Positions 37,627 to 47,322 of a stretch of 55,074 nt of DNA are shown in pieces. The translations under genes and the position numbers were made by a program. Under the pieces are notes generated by a model that was not told the origin of the DNA, made no database searches, and saw nothing but the letters and a program-made list of their open reading frames with translations. Origin of the DNA: a virus (Duplodnaviria > Caudoviricetes); IMG/VR virus record IMGVR_UViG_3300032290_000758, positions 1 to 55,074 of that record; one strand, given 5' to 3'. Position 1 is the stretch's first letter, and every line of letters starts with the position of its first letter.

Positions 37627-38091
37627 TTATTGGCCGATTTCAAAATGCATGGCGTCATATCCACGGTCTGCTCCGTAGCTAATAAACCCGTTCTTTTTAA
37701 AGATGGCGAGCATCTCTTTGTATTCTGGTTTAGCGAACTGGGCGTTTGGCCATTTAGTCTTGAGGCCATTTCTTGCTGGGTCCAGATCGATGGCAATTCC
37801 CCAAGCATGTCGAGACCATTTAGTTTTTGATCCTCTCATGGTTCTGAGGTTAACGCATCCGCCGAACAGGTCGATCCCTAGTTCTTGGATCTTGGGCAGT
37901 TGGTAGATTTCTAGTAGTTGTTCGAAGACGGCTTGGAAGTTTGGCGCAACTAGTTTGTGGCATTGCATTTTCTGAACAGTGGCTTTCGTATCCCATGCGA
38001 TTCGCATCGGGTATGGGAGTTTTAGTACGGTTAGGCTGGAGATATCTCCGGGTTGTCCGTACTTCTCGATGATTTGTTTGTCTGTGAGCAT
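37627..38091 (-). CDS. Endolysin, M15-family L-Ala-D-Glu peptidase
   Basis: 'R.MRG...WSRHAWGIAIDL' and 'DAMHFE' Zn-peptidase motifs. Confidence 0.9.
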   Translation of the reverse strand: MLTDKQIIEKYGQPGDISSLTVLKLPYPMRIAWDTKATVQKMQCHKLVAPNFQAVFEQLLEIYQLPKIQELGIDLFGGCVNLRTMRGSKTKWSRHAWGIAIDLDPARNGLKTKWPNAQFAKPEYKEMLAIFKKNGFISYGADRGYDAMHFEIGQ

Positions 38092-38188
38092 TCTCAAAAA
38101 TACTTGAACAATAAAGCTATTTTATGAGATTTTAACAGATGTTAATATCTTATAATATATAATAGATAGTTTTCCGATATTTGTCCGG

Positions 38189-38472
38189 CACACCTTTCGG
38201 GATATTTCTACGGCTCGGGTGTGATGCCAGAGTAACGTCTCTGGCAGTGCGCAAGAGTGGGATAGCAGACGATGGCGCAATCCGGATGCAAAGGGAGGAA
38301 GGATAGGTCTGCAGGCTGGCACTCAGTCTTAAAGTAGCTCCCAGATCGGTTGGCGGTGTGACCAAACCGGGACAGTTGATGCGGAGGCCGACGGCGCTCA
38401 AGCAAAACTGAAAGCAGAGGCTGAGGACATAGTCATGTCTCTCAGTCTCGCGAAGACCTCAAACGCTAAGCA
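38189..38472 (+). ncRNA. Putative large structured ncRNA (~280 nt)
   Basis: GC-rich with no + strand ORF; preceded by GATATTTG; helices CACACC/GGTGTG, TGCCAGAG/CTCTGGCA, GAGTG/CACTC, GCAGAC/GTCTGC, CGGTT/AACCG, GAGGCTGAG-GACAT/ATGTC-CTCAGTCTC. Confidence 0.6.
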
Positions 38473-38541
38473 ATTAGATCAGAGTATAGAATATGACACC
38501 CTATTTTAGAGATTTATAGATTAGTTCCAAGATAATTTGCG

Positions 38542-38799
38542 TTGGTGAAGGCGCATACAAAAGTCTATATAGAATATTTTGGCTGGTCTGATTTTTACCC
38601 TTGTGAAATTTGCGGGGCCAAGGCAGTGGATATTCATCACATTCATGCTCGAGGTATGGGTGGCTCCAAAACAAAAGATGTCATCGACAACCTCATGGCC
38701 CTTTGTCGTTCATGTCATATCGAGTACGGGGACAAGAGGCAATTTATGGATTTTCTAAAAAAGCGGCATCAGGTTATTGTTAATAAACATGTGAAATAA
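38542..38799 (+). CDS. HNH endonuclease
   Basis: CEIC...DIHHI..RGMGG...NLMALCRSCH. Confidence 0.9.
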   Translation: MVKAHTKVYIEYFGWSDFYPCEICGAKAVDIHHIHARGMGGSKTKDVIDNLMALCRSCHIEYGDKRQFMDFLKKRHQVIVNKHVK

Positions 38800-38820
38800 A
38801 ACTATCTATAATAGATAGTT
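38800..38820. promoter_or_regulatory. Perfect palindromic operator
   Basis: AACTATCTA-TAA-TAGATAGTT. Confidence 0.65.
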
Positions 38821-38839
38821 ATTATGGAAATTTATATAC

Positions 38840-39403
38840 ATGCAGCCCATCTATAAAATTTTTGTTCGTATTGAAAAGCGCTTTCAAGATGAGCTGGTTA
38901 CAGAGAGTGGTCTTCATCTGTATTACGATAGTAGCTACAAACCAGAGGAGAATTCAACAATAGTTGGAGAGGTGGTAGGCATACCAGCTAAACACGATAA
39001 AGAAAATTACTCTGACGATTTTCAGTTCAATGTTCAGGTAGGCGATAAACTCTATTTCCATTACAATGTAGTAATGCGTGAAGAGAATTGTATTGATAAG
39101 GATATATGGATGGTGGATTATTTTGACGCGATCGCGCTGGTGCGCGATACTAAAATAGTGCCTGTCGGATCATATGTTTTAATAGAACCCATCAACGAAA
39201 AGATTGAAACGACCCTCATTGTCCCCGACACCGTGGACACTGAGAGTTGTCGTGGTATTGTCGTTGCCAGTAACGATCCGGAGATTCCAGATGGGTCTGA
39301 GGTGGAGTACGAGGAGGTTGGCAAGTTCTGGAATGTGATTGAAGGGCGCCGGCTGTACTGTATGTTTAATAGTAATGTACTACTAGTCTATGAAAAAAAG
39401 TGA
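38840..39403 (+). CDS. Co-chaperonin GroES-like protein (two tandem domains)
   Basis: 'MQPIYKIFVR...TESGLHL...GEVV..P...VQVGDKLYF' and a second unit 'PVGSYVLIEP...LIVPD...GIVVA'. Confidence 0.7.
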   Translation: MQPIYKIFVRIEKRFQDELVTESGLHLYYDSSYKPEENSTIVGEVVGIPAKHDKENYSDDFQFNVQVGDKLYFHYNVVMREENCIDKDIWMVDYFDAIALVRDTKIVPVGSYVLIEPINEKIETTLIVPDTVDTESCRGIVVASNDPEIPDGSEVEYEEVGKFWNVIEGRRLYCMFNSNVLLVYEKK

Positions 39404-39773
39404 TGTAAAAAAAATTAGGGAGATATCAGATCGTTTGCCGGTAGTATACGAGCAAACCATTTCTGGTTTCTATATCGAAGCAGAAGAGTATAAACCCAAT
39501 ATAATTAATCACCCTATCAACCACGAAAGACGTTTGCGTAAAGCTTACGAAAAGCTTGGAATGGATGGTGTGAGAGGATACTTAGAAACAATTATCAAAC
39601 TTCAAAGGCAACGCCATGAAAATTTCGTTGAAAAAAGAGACGGGGATAGTGGACGAGAGGCTGATAGTAATGTGCATACTGGTAATTCAATTTCAGCACA
39701 AGAAGAGGGTAAGGTCGATAGCACTGAGTTGGATAAGAAGCAAAAGTCTAGAAGAACTAAAAAAGGAGATTGA
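39390..39773 (+). CDS. Hypothetical protein
   Basis: 'INHERRLRKAYEK.G..GV..Y'. Confidence 0.55.
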   Translation: MKKSDVKKIREISDRLPVVYEQTISGFYIEAEEYKPNIINHPINHERRLRKAYEKLGMDGVRGYLETIIKLQRQRHENFVEKRDGDSGREADSNVHTGNSISAQEEGKVDSTELDKKQKSRRTKKGD

Positions 39774-39788
39774 TAGAAACTTTAGCGA

Positions 39789-40286
39789 GTGCTAGATTGT
39801 GAAACACCATTAGGACAAGTCTTCATTGAAGAGCAGTACAGGGTACAACGTGTGTTGGAAGCTCGTGGCTATACTGTGATCAACACTAGTGGTAAAGATA
39901 ATAACGCGGATGTGTTGCTTGCTAAGACGATAGATGGAAAATTGACTATATCCGCAATGGCAGAGATTAAGTGTAGAAAGACGGCAGGTGATGTAACGCT
40001 GACTAGAGAGTATTTGAAAAGCAATGGAGGTTACTTAATAACCTACAGTAAACTAAAGTACGGATCTTATGCGGGCTCTCTACTAAACATACCATTCTAT
40101 GTAGTGGTATCACTGATGGCAGAGGGTGTTATTCTAGTTTGGCAAATAACGGACAGTACTGGAGGCTTTGTGGAGAAGTTTGAAGTGAGGGAGACACCGA
40201 CCCGTAAAACCGTCAATGGCGGTGAGATAACTAGGCGGAATGCTTTCTTATCAATGGAGTCAAAATTTTTAACGGTCATTGAATAA
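39789..40286 (+). CDS. PD-(D/E)XK nuclease-like protein
   Basis: 'ADVLL...MAEIKCR'. Confidence 0.6.
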   Translation: MLDCETPLGQVFIEEQYRVQRVLEARGYTVINTSGKDNNADVLLAKTIDGKLTISAMAEIKCRKTAGDVTLTREYLKSNGGYLITYSKLKYGSYAGSLLNIPFYVVVSLMAEGVILVWQITDSTGGFVEKFEVRETPTRKTVNGGEITRRNAFLSMESKFLTVIE

Positions 40287-40644
40287 AGGAGCAGCGGCTG
40301 AGGTTTTGTTTGACTACCACATCATTGAGCGTGGTATGATGACAGCACGCCCGATATATGATTCTGGTTATGATCGTATTGTTGATCATAAAGGCAATCT
40401 AACCCGGGTGCAGATTAAGATGACCGCCTGCAAGCAGAGCGGTTCTTACTGGGTATCTACTAGTGGTGTAAAAAGAAGAAGGTATGTTAATGAGTTTGAT
40501 GTGCTGGCTATTTATATAAAGCCTGCGTGTGCGTGGTTACTGATGCCGCTTTCTGAAATCACTGGCAGCGCAATGCGTGTGAAGGTTGATGGTCGATTTG
40601 AAAAGTATGTAAACAATTGGGGAATATTCTATGCGAAGAACTAA
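40279..40644 (+). CDS. PD-(D/E)XK endonuclease (group I intron-associated type)
   Basis: 'KGAAAE', 'YDRIVD', 'RVQIK', 'FDVLAIY'. Confidence 0.75.
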   Translation: MNKGAAAEVLFDYHIIERGMMTARPIYDSGYDRIVDHKGNLTRVQIKMTACKQSGSYWVSTSGVKRRRYVNEFDVLAIYIKPACAWLLMPLSEITGSAMRVKVDGRFEKYVNNWGIFYAKN

Positions 40645-41065
40645 AAATATAAAGATAAATATGTACCAGTGTGCGGTACATTTTATTCTTACCGATGATC
40701 TAGCTAAGGAGTATAACCGCATTTACCGTAAGCATAAGGAACTGCCTATATACGCAGCGGAAGATGGTGAGGCTTGGACACTTACGTTTGATATTTCTGA
40801 TTATTATATCCTAGTATCAGAGAAACATAAGTTTGTTAATACAATAGCGCACGAGGTATATCATGTTGTATACAGTATACTTAATGATAGGGATATTGAT
40901 GACGAGGAGAATGGGGCTTGGCTGTGTGGTATGCTTATGGAGGAGGCTTTAAAATTTTATAAAAATGGCATTCATAGACCGGTACGTAAAGTTGAAGGTG
41001 ATGCTGGAAGGGCCAGACAGGACGGCTCTGATCACGCACGTCTACATAAACCCAATGACAATTGA
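40631..41065 (+). CDS. HEXXH metallopeptidase-like protein
   Basis: 'TIAHEVYHVV...DEENGAWL.G'. Confidence 0.65.
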   Translation: MRRTKNIKINMYQCAVHFILTDDLAKEYNRIYRKHKELPIYAAEDGEAWTLTFDISDYYILVSEKHKFVNTIAHEVYHVVYSILNDRDIDDEENGAWLCGMLMEEALKFYKNGIHRPVRKVEGDAGRARQDGSDHARLHKPNDN

Positions 41066-41213
41066 CGCCTTCACTGAAGAGGTGGTTACTTATGATCTCG
41101 AATTTGAAAGCGAGGTAGAACAGAATGCTGTAAGGGTATGGACAAAGCACGACATTCATCTTGTACTGATGGGTATAGATGACTTTATGGATCTCCTTAA
41201 TTCCAGATACTAA
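40965..41213 (+). CDS. Hypothetical protein
   Basis: 'VYINPMTIDAF'. Confidence 0.55.
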   Translation: MAFIDRYVKLKVMLEGPDRTALITHVYINPMTIDAFTEEVVTYDLEFESEVEQNAVRVWTKHDIHLVLMGIDDFMDLLNSRY

Positions 41214-41263
41214 TTTCACCCCTTGATTTTTAGCCTCTCTATTTTAGATAGATCTAGCTTTGC
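41214..41263 (+). promoter_or_regulatory. Late-type promoter with operator
   Basis: TTTCACCCC at 41214; CTCTCTA-TTT-TAGATAG at 41235-41251; TAGCTTTG at 41255-41262. Confidence 0.65.
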
Positions 41264-41269
41264 TGCGGC

Positions 41270-42235
41270 ATGAAAGTATTGTCCTATGTAAAAGGTATGG
41301 ACGGATGCTCCTACCACAGGATTTACCTGCCAAACCAGACATTTGAGAACCGCGTTGTTTCACAGCTTACAGATGAAGATCTGAAGTGGTGCGACATGCT
41401 CCACTACTCTAGGCACGTATTTGAGTCCCCTGAGTTTTTAAGACAGAAGGCGGATGAATTTGGGTTTAAAGTAGTAGTTGATACAGATGACTGGTGGGAG
41501 GTTGGTAAAGACCATCCGAAGTACCCAGTCTGGGTCCGGAGCAACATGGCTCTGCAGATCCGCCAGCATCTGATGTATGCGGATGCGGTCACTACAACCC
41601 ATGAGCGGTTGGCGGAGATCGTACCCAACAAGAATGTATATGTACTACCCAACACTGTTCAGTATGGTGAAGGGCAGTTTAAGTATAGAGAACAACCAAT
41701 CAGTGAGCGTGTAAGATTACTGTATGCAAGTACGGTCATGAATTATGCGAACACTCAGATTATAGCGGGCGCTATGAAAAAACTAGCCCACCTACCAATA
41801 GAGATTGTTTTGGTAGGCTACGACGAGAGGAACCCGCTCTTTGACATAGTGGTTAAAAATCTAACAGCTGGAGTCATCCCTTACAGGACGATAAACTGGA
41901 CTGGTGCAGATTCTTACATGTTAAATTATGAGGGCGATATCGGAATTATCCCGAGTAAGCCCACTATGTTTAATAGTTTGAAGAGTAACCTAAAGGTTTT
42001 AGAATACGCTGCTCTCAAGCTTCCTGTTGTTGTATCCGCCAATCATCCCTATATGGGGTTACCGGTAGACTACTTCAAAGGTGAAAATGAGTTTGTGTTA
42101 CAAGTAAACCGATTGGTATCAAACCCCGAGCTGCGCAAAAGACGTGGCGACGAGCTTCATGAGTTCTGCTTGGGAAGGTATGACATGAAGAAATGGTCTG
42201 ATAAAAGAAAATCCGTATATGAAGAAATCATATAA
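41270..42235 (+). CDS. Glycosyltransferase (GT-B, GT4-like)
   Basis: 'GCSYHRI..P', 'VVDTDDWW', 'ADAVTTT..RLA', 'VYVLPN', 'FN..KSNLKVLEYAA...PVV.S...PY'. Confidence 0.85.
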   Translation: MKVLSYVKGMDGCSYHRIYLPNQTFENRVVSQLTDEDLKWCDMLHYSRHVFESPEFLRQKADEFGFKVVVDTDDWWEVGKDHPKYPVWVRSNMALQIRQHLMYADAVTTTHERLAEIVPNKNVYVLPNTVQYGEGQFKYREQPISERVRLLYASTVMNYANTQIIAGAMKKLAHLPIEIVLVGYDERNPLFDIVVKNLTAGVIPYRTINWTGADSYMLNYEGDIGIIPSKPTMFNSLKSNLKVLEYAALKLPVVVSANHPYMGLPVDYFKGENEFVLQVNRLVSNPELRKRRGDELHEFCLGRYDMKKWSDKRKSVYEEII

Positions 42236-42292
42236 ACCTAAAGATTTACAATCTGATAGTGAATGTCAATCTATCACTTTACATAAAAAAGT

Positions 42293-42901
42293 TTGGTAAT
42301 GATTGTAGAAAAAGAATATGCAAGAATGGAGTTTAATCCACTTGCAAAAAAGAGTTTGGTTTCCGCCTATCCTAAACTAAAGGGAATTGTAGGAGATGCA
42401 GACGATAAGATGATCAGGTATGTATTACTCATGTACGACATGAACAGCCCGCTGAGAGAATACTATCCAGAGCTGGATAAGAGAAAGCAGTTTGCTGCAT
42501 CACTTGCAGGCTATGATCTAGACACTGAGGATGTAACTGGTTTATTTGACTTCAAGATAAAAGTAGAAGACGAGGAAGTGCCACACGAGGATTTGCTGAA
42601 CCTCATCGTAAAATATTTAAAGTATCAGAACAACTACGTGTGGACTATGATCGTCGGAAACGAACAAGCTTTCTACGAGTTTAATAAACGAGTCATGATT
42701 CCTGTTGATGGTAACAGAGATAAGGATATCCTTCAGGCGGTTGATATCAAGAATAAACTGATGGATGCTCAGGATAATATCGTCCAGAGACTACAGAAGT
42801 ATTTTAGAGAATTGACCGGAGAAGACGAACAACTAGAACAGGCTATCACTAAAAGAAAAAGACTGAGACCAGAAAATATCGATGTACGCGCCAATATCTA
42901 A
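42293..42901 (+). CDS. Putative terminase small subunit (start uncertain)
   Basis: Helical protein immediately upstream of and overlapping terL. Confidence 0.45.
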   Translation: MVMIVEKEYARMEFNPLAKKSLVSAYPKLKGIVGDADDKMIRYVLLMYDMNSPLREYYPELDKRKQFAASLAGYDLDTEDVTGLFDFKIKVEDEEVPHEDLLNLIVKYLKYQNNYVWTMIVGNEQAFYEFNKRVMIPVDGNRDKDILQAVDIKNKLMDAQDNIVQRLQKYFRELTGEDEQLEQAITKRKRLRPENIDVRANI

Positions 42902-44903
42902 CGGAAGCCAAGAGGTTGTTCAAGGACTAACCTGCAATATTCCTCCCGTCGGTTTTGTTGTAAATGTACAGACCGGTGAGTTGGAAAATAGAGGCGTGTA
43001 TTCAAGATCTCCTAAAAAGTCTGATCAGTGTTGGGAAGCAGTTAAACCTCCACCAGATTACCACAAACTACGAGAGAAAGAAATTCAGCGACAGCTGGAA
43101 GATAAAGAGTTCTTTGATCACAAGCTTGAAACATTCAGGCTACAGGAATGGGATCGCAGATTAAACGGATTCTGGTTTTATAATAATGGGGTACCCACTT
43201 ATATAACCGGACTTCATTACTTCTATCTCAACTACTGGACGCTAGATACAGGACTACCTAAGTACCGAGATACAGATAGAAAGTATTTCTACTTCATGCA
43301 GTACTGTATAGAAGATCCGGAGTCTTTTGGAATGGTAGAGATTACGAAGCGTCGTCAGGGTAAGACTTTCCGTGGTGGTGTATTCTTATATGAGTACGTA
43401 TCAAGGACAAGAAACACACGAGCTGGTATCCAATCCAAAACTGGATCGGACGCCAAAGAGGTGTTTAGAAAAGCGGTGGTGCAGCCATTCAAAAAGCTAC
43501 CACACTTCTTTGTCCCAGTATACGATCAGAGTAAAGGTCTAACACCAACATCGGAGTTAAGGTTTTATAACACAGTGGTGAAGGGTAAGAAGGCTAGTCA
43601 AATATTAGATGAAGAAGAACTTGAAAGTATGATTGACTGGAAACCTTCTGAGGCTATTTCTTATGACGGTCAGAAGATACACAGGATGTTACATGATGAG
43701 GTGGGAAAGACAATGGAAGTAAATGTTTGGAACAGGTATCTAGTAACTAGATACTGTAACCTAGATGATGAGGGGAGAATTATTGGTAAGCACCTACTGA
43801 CTACTACTGTAGAGGATATGGAGCAGGGTGGCGCAGAGTTTAAAATGATATGGTCAAGTTCAGATCAGGAGAATAAGAAAGGTAAAAGAACTGCTTCTGG
43901 ATTGTACAGGTACTTCTGCCCTGCAGACGAAACAAGGTACTATGATCAATACGGATACGCAGATAAAGGAAAGGCATTAAAAGAGATCCTTGAAGAAAGG
44001 AGGTTGCTTGCAGATGATGCTCGTGCCTTGAGCTCGGTTATCCGCAAGGAACCACTTAGTTGGGAGGAGGCTTTTAGAATAGATGGAAGTAAGTGTTTGT
44101 ATAACCCGGAGAAACTAAACGAAAGGTTAGATAGATTAAGCTGGAAAGAAAATGTGACCACTAGAGGAAATTTTGTGTGGGCTAATGGCGAGAGAGATAC
44201 GAAGGTATTATTTGAGCCGGCAGCTAATGGAAGGTGGGAAGTAGTGAAGCTTTTTGATAAAGATGAGGATAGTAATAAGGTTGACAAAAAAGGAGATCTA
44301 TTCTATCCTAACAACACTTTGCAGTTCGTGATGGGTGTCGACCCTGTGGACCATTCTGCTACAGAAGATGGCAGAAGGTCTAATGGTGCCGGCATAGTCC
44401 TGCAGAAGTTTAACGCGGCTCGGGGGGATGATATGTACAACTATGCTTTTGTAGCTAGGTACCTATACAGACCAGAGAGCGTTCAGACCTTCTACGAGGA
44501 TATGATCAAGATGGCGGTGTATTATGGTTGCAGTGTACTGTTCGAGAACAATAAGATCGGGCTGATGCACTACTTCAATGATCGTAACTACGGTCAGTTC
44601 TTGATGTGGTTGCCGGAGAGAAATCAACCCGGGATCGCGGCAAGCCCTAAGACACACCAACAGATTGCAGAGTTAACAGAGGACTATATCAACAACAATA
44701 TTGAAAGGGTATTCTTCAAAGATCTCGTTCAGGATTGGTTAGAGTTTGATATGTCCAAGACAACAAGATTTGACATAGCTATGGCGGCTGGTTATGCTTT
44801 GATAGCAGATCAAGCTAAAGTGCTAAAAAAAGATATTAGTCAGGTACGAGATGTATCTGATTACTTTAAAAAAAATAAAATATGGACAAACTGGACGCGG
44901 TAG
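42882..44903 (+). CDS. terL: Terminase large subunit (crAss-like)
   Basis: 'YITGLHYFYLNY', Walker A 'KRRQGKT', Walker B 'LHDEVGK', RuvC 'GVDPVD', 'FENNK', 'FDIAMA'. Confidence 0.93.
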   Translation: MYAPISNGSQEVVQGLTCNIPPVGFVVNVQTGELENRGVYSRSPKKSDQCWEAVKPPPDYHKLREKEIQRQLEDKEFFDHKLETFRLQEWDRRLNGFWFYNNGVPTYITGLHYFYLNYWTLDTGLPKYRDTDRKYFYFMQYCIEDPESFGMVEITKRRQGKTFRGGVFLYEYVSRTRNTRAGIQSKTGSDAKEVFRKAVVQPFKKLPHFFVPVYDQSKGLTPTSELRFYNTVVKGKKASQILDEEELESMIDWKPSEAISYDGQKIHRMLHDEVGKTMEVNVWNRYLVTRYCNLDDEGRIIGKHLLTTTVEDMEQGGAEFKMIWSSSDQENKKGKRTASGLYRYFCPADETRYYDQYGYADKGKALKEILEERRLLADDARALSSVIRKEPLSWEEAFRIDGSKCLYNPEKLNERLDRLSWKENVTTRGNFVWANGERDTKVLFEPAANGRWEVVKLFDKDEDSNKVDKKGDLFYPNNTLQFVMGVDPVDHSATEDGRRSNGAGIVLQKFNAARGDDMYNYAFVARYLYRPESVQTFYEDMIKMAVYYGCSVLFENNKIGLMHYFNDRNYGQFLMWLPERNQPGIAASPKTHQQIAELTEDYINNNIERVFFKDLVQDWLEFDMSKTTRFDIAMAAGYALIADQAKVLKKDISQVRDVSDYFKKNKIWTNWTR

Positions 44904-47269
44904 ACTTTCCAAGTCACCTCATCGATCCGAAGGAGAAGAACAGAGACTGGGTTCTCCAATTTTGTAAAGCTGCTTATTCTTCTTTTGAGAATGATAACCC
45001 GCGAGAAATTTTCTACCACGCAAGGTATCGCTACGAAGTAATTAAGTCGTATGCGATGGGCAACCAAAGTATCAACAAGTATAGACCGTTGATGCAGGTC
45101 GATGAAGCAAGTAATGAAGACTGGCTGAATATCGACTGGTCGGTTATTCCAATTGTTCCGAAGTTTAGACGTGTAGCACTTGGTAAGTTAAATAAGGTTG
45201 ACTACAATATTGTAGCAACTCCAATTGATTCACTAGCTGCTGAAGAAACTACAGCCTACTTCGCTGATCTAAAGTCAAAGATCCTTCTGCGTGAAGCCGC
45301 AATGAAGGTTGATCCTTCTTTAATGGAGATGCCTGAGCTTCAAGTGCAGCCGGGTGAAGCTGCAGATATGGAGGAGCTGGAGATGCAGATGAATTACACA
45401 TGGAAGCATCAGATGGCTATCGAAGCTGAGCAGGGGATTAAGCTAATCTTAGAGCAGAATAAGATCGAGCAAATGAGAGAAAAAATTAAGGAAGACTTAT
45501 TTGATTACGGCGTTGCAGGATATAAAGAGTTTATTGATAGCAATGGCGCTGTTAAGGTTCGAGTTGTAAATCCAAGAAACATCCTTATTAATCATTGCAA
45601 GAAGAATGACTTTAGTGATGCTTCTTATGTTGGTGAGATTATTGAGATGACTATCTCTGATCTAAAGCAAGCTGCAGGTCATCAGTTTACAGAAGAGCAG
45701 TACGAGCAGATTGCTAAGCAGTATACAGGATTCTTAGGAAACCCTAAGGAGTGGCCTTCTTCATTATCTGTTTATAATAAAGGGTATGATAAGTTTAGAA
45801 TCCGCTTATTGGATTTAGAATTTTTCTCTGTTAATGAAATGGTATACGAGCAGCGTATTGACAGACGAGGAAATAAGATATTTGCCCGCGCAAAATACGA
45901 TGATAAGAACAAGAGAAAAGATAAGTTCGATCGTGTAGCATTCAAGGTTGTATATAAAGGAAAGTGGGTAATCGGAACTAACTACATATTCGATTATGGA
46001 TTATGTACAGACATGAAACGTGCTCAGTCGAGCTTAATGGATACAGAACTAAGCTATCATTTAATGGCGCCTGAGTTCTATGACATGAAGGCTTATGGAT
46101 TAATGGAGCAAGTGATCCCAATTGCTGACGCTATCCAAATAGCATGGTACCGTTTACAGAACGCGATAAACCAAGCCAAGCCTAAGGGTATTATGATTGA
46201 GATGGGAGCTCTTGAAGATATCCCACTTGGTAAAGGTGGAAAGTCTTTGACTCCACTAAAGGTTATTGACCTATTTAATAAGACCGGTACGTTAGTATAT
46301 CGTAAGAGCGATCCTCAGGGCCGGATGACTAACTATAAGCCTATTGAGGAATTAGAGAACGGATTAGGTCGAGATGTAATGGCTTATTATCAGATGATAC
46401 AGAATCATATTCAAATGATTCGTGATATTACTGGTATGAACGAGTTTACCGATGGTTCTACTCCAGATCCACGTGCGCTTACCACAGTTGCTAAGTTAGC
46501 TTATGAGGGTACTAATAATGCCCTTACACATATTGTTCACGGTGATAAGTTCTTACTTGAATCCCTTTCTAATGCTGTTATTCTGAGACTTCAGGACGTA
46601 GCTAAGTCTGGTTATGTTAAAGGGTACGTGAGAGCGCTTGGAACAAATACCATGAAGTTTATTCAGGTATCTCCGCATCTAGGGCTGTATGAATTTGGGA
46701 TCTTTTTAGAAGATAGGCCAACAGATGAGCAGCGTGCTATGTTGATGCAACAGGTTCAGGCCGGACAAGTAAACGGATTACTCGATATCGAAGATGCTAT
46801 TATTATTCAGAATACCGATAACCTAAAAGTATCTCAGCAATTACTTGCCTATAAAATTAAGAAGCGCCGTCAGCAGGAAGAAGAGAAAGCTATGCGTCAG
46901 CAGGAGATGAATGCACAGGTACAACAGCAGAGTGCTATTGTATCTGAACAGGCAAAGCAACAAACATTACAAGTTGAAGGACAGGTTAAAGGTCAGCTTA
47001 TCCAAGTTGAGAAAGAATTTGATGCTAAGCTTCTTGAGATTAAGTACCAGTATGAATTACAACTAGAACAGTTACGTCAAGGCGGCAAGATTGAAACTAA
47101 GAAGGAAGAGAATAAGGGTAAGAAGAGCGTAACGAAGTTGAAGATGGGACAGCCTGATGATGAGGTAGAGGAGTTAGATATACAACAACAGTTTAATCCT
47201 TCTTTATTAGACAACGAATCAGGAGCTGTTTTAGAAGATCAAACAAAAGTTCAGAGTTTACCTGAGTAA
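44882..47269 (+). CDS. Portal protein (crAss-like)
   Basis: 795 aa after terL; 'YAMGNQSI.KY', 'LNIDWS.IPIVPKF', 'IRDITGMNE..DGSTPD'; Q-rich C-terminal barrel. Confidence 0.88.
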   Translation: MDKLDAVDFPSHLIDPKEKNRDWVLQFCKAAYSSFENDNPREIFYHARYRYEVIKSYAMGNQSINKYRPLMQVDEASNEDWLNIDWSVIPIVPKFRRVALGKLNKVDYNIVATPIDSLAAEETTAYFADLKSKILLREAAMKVDPSLMEMPELQVQPGEAADMEELEMQMNYTWKHQMAIEAEQGIKLILEQNKIEQMREKIKEDLFDYGVAGYKEFIDSNGAVKVRVVNPRNILINHCKKNDFSDASYVGEIIEMTISDLKQAAGHQFTEEQYEQIAKQYTGFLGNPKEWPSSLSVYNKGYDKFRIRLLDLEFFSVNEMVYEQRIDRRGNKIFARAKYDDKNKRKDKFDRVAFKVVYKGKWVIGTNYIFDYGLCTDMKRAQSSLMDTELSYHLMAPEFYDMKAYGLMEQVIPIADAIQIAWYRLQNAINQAKPKGIMIEMGALEDIPLGKGGKSLTPLKVIDLFNKTGTLVYRKSDPQGRMTNYKPIEELENGLGRDVMAYYQMIQNHIQMIRDITGMNEFTDGSTPDPRALTTVAKLAYEGTNNALTHIVHGDKFLLESLSNAVILRLQDVAKSGYVKGYVRALGTNTMKFIQVSPHLGLYEFGIFLEDRPTDEQRAMLMQQVQAGQVNGLLDIEDAIIIQNTDNLKVSQQLLAYKIKKRRQQEEEKAMRQQEMNAQVQQQSAIVSEQAKQQTLQVEGQVKGQLIQVEKEFDAKLLEIKYQYELQLEQLRQGGKIETKKEENKGKKSVTKLKMGQPDDEVEELDIQQQFNPSLLDNESGAVLEDQTKVQSLPE

Positions 47270-47322
47270 TTAAGTTAGGGCTAATAATATGGATTAATCT
47301 AAATAGATTAATAATCCAAAAT

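Noticed and set aside
38122-38405. Three overlapping minus-strand ORFs
   Set aside because: They have atypical composition and are better explained as a by-product of the GC-rich structured RNA on the + strand
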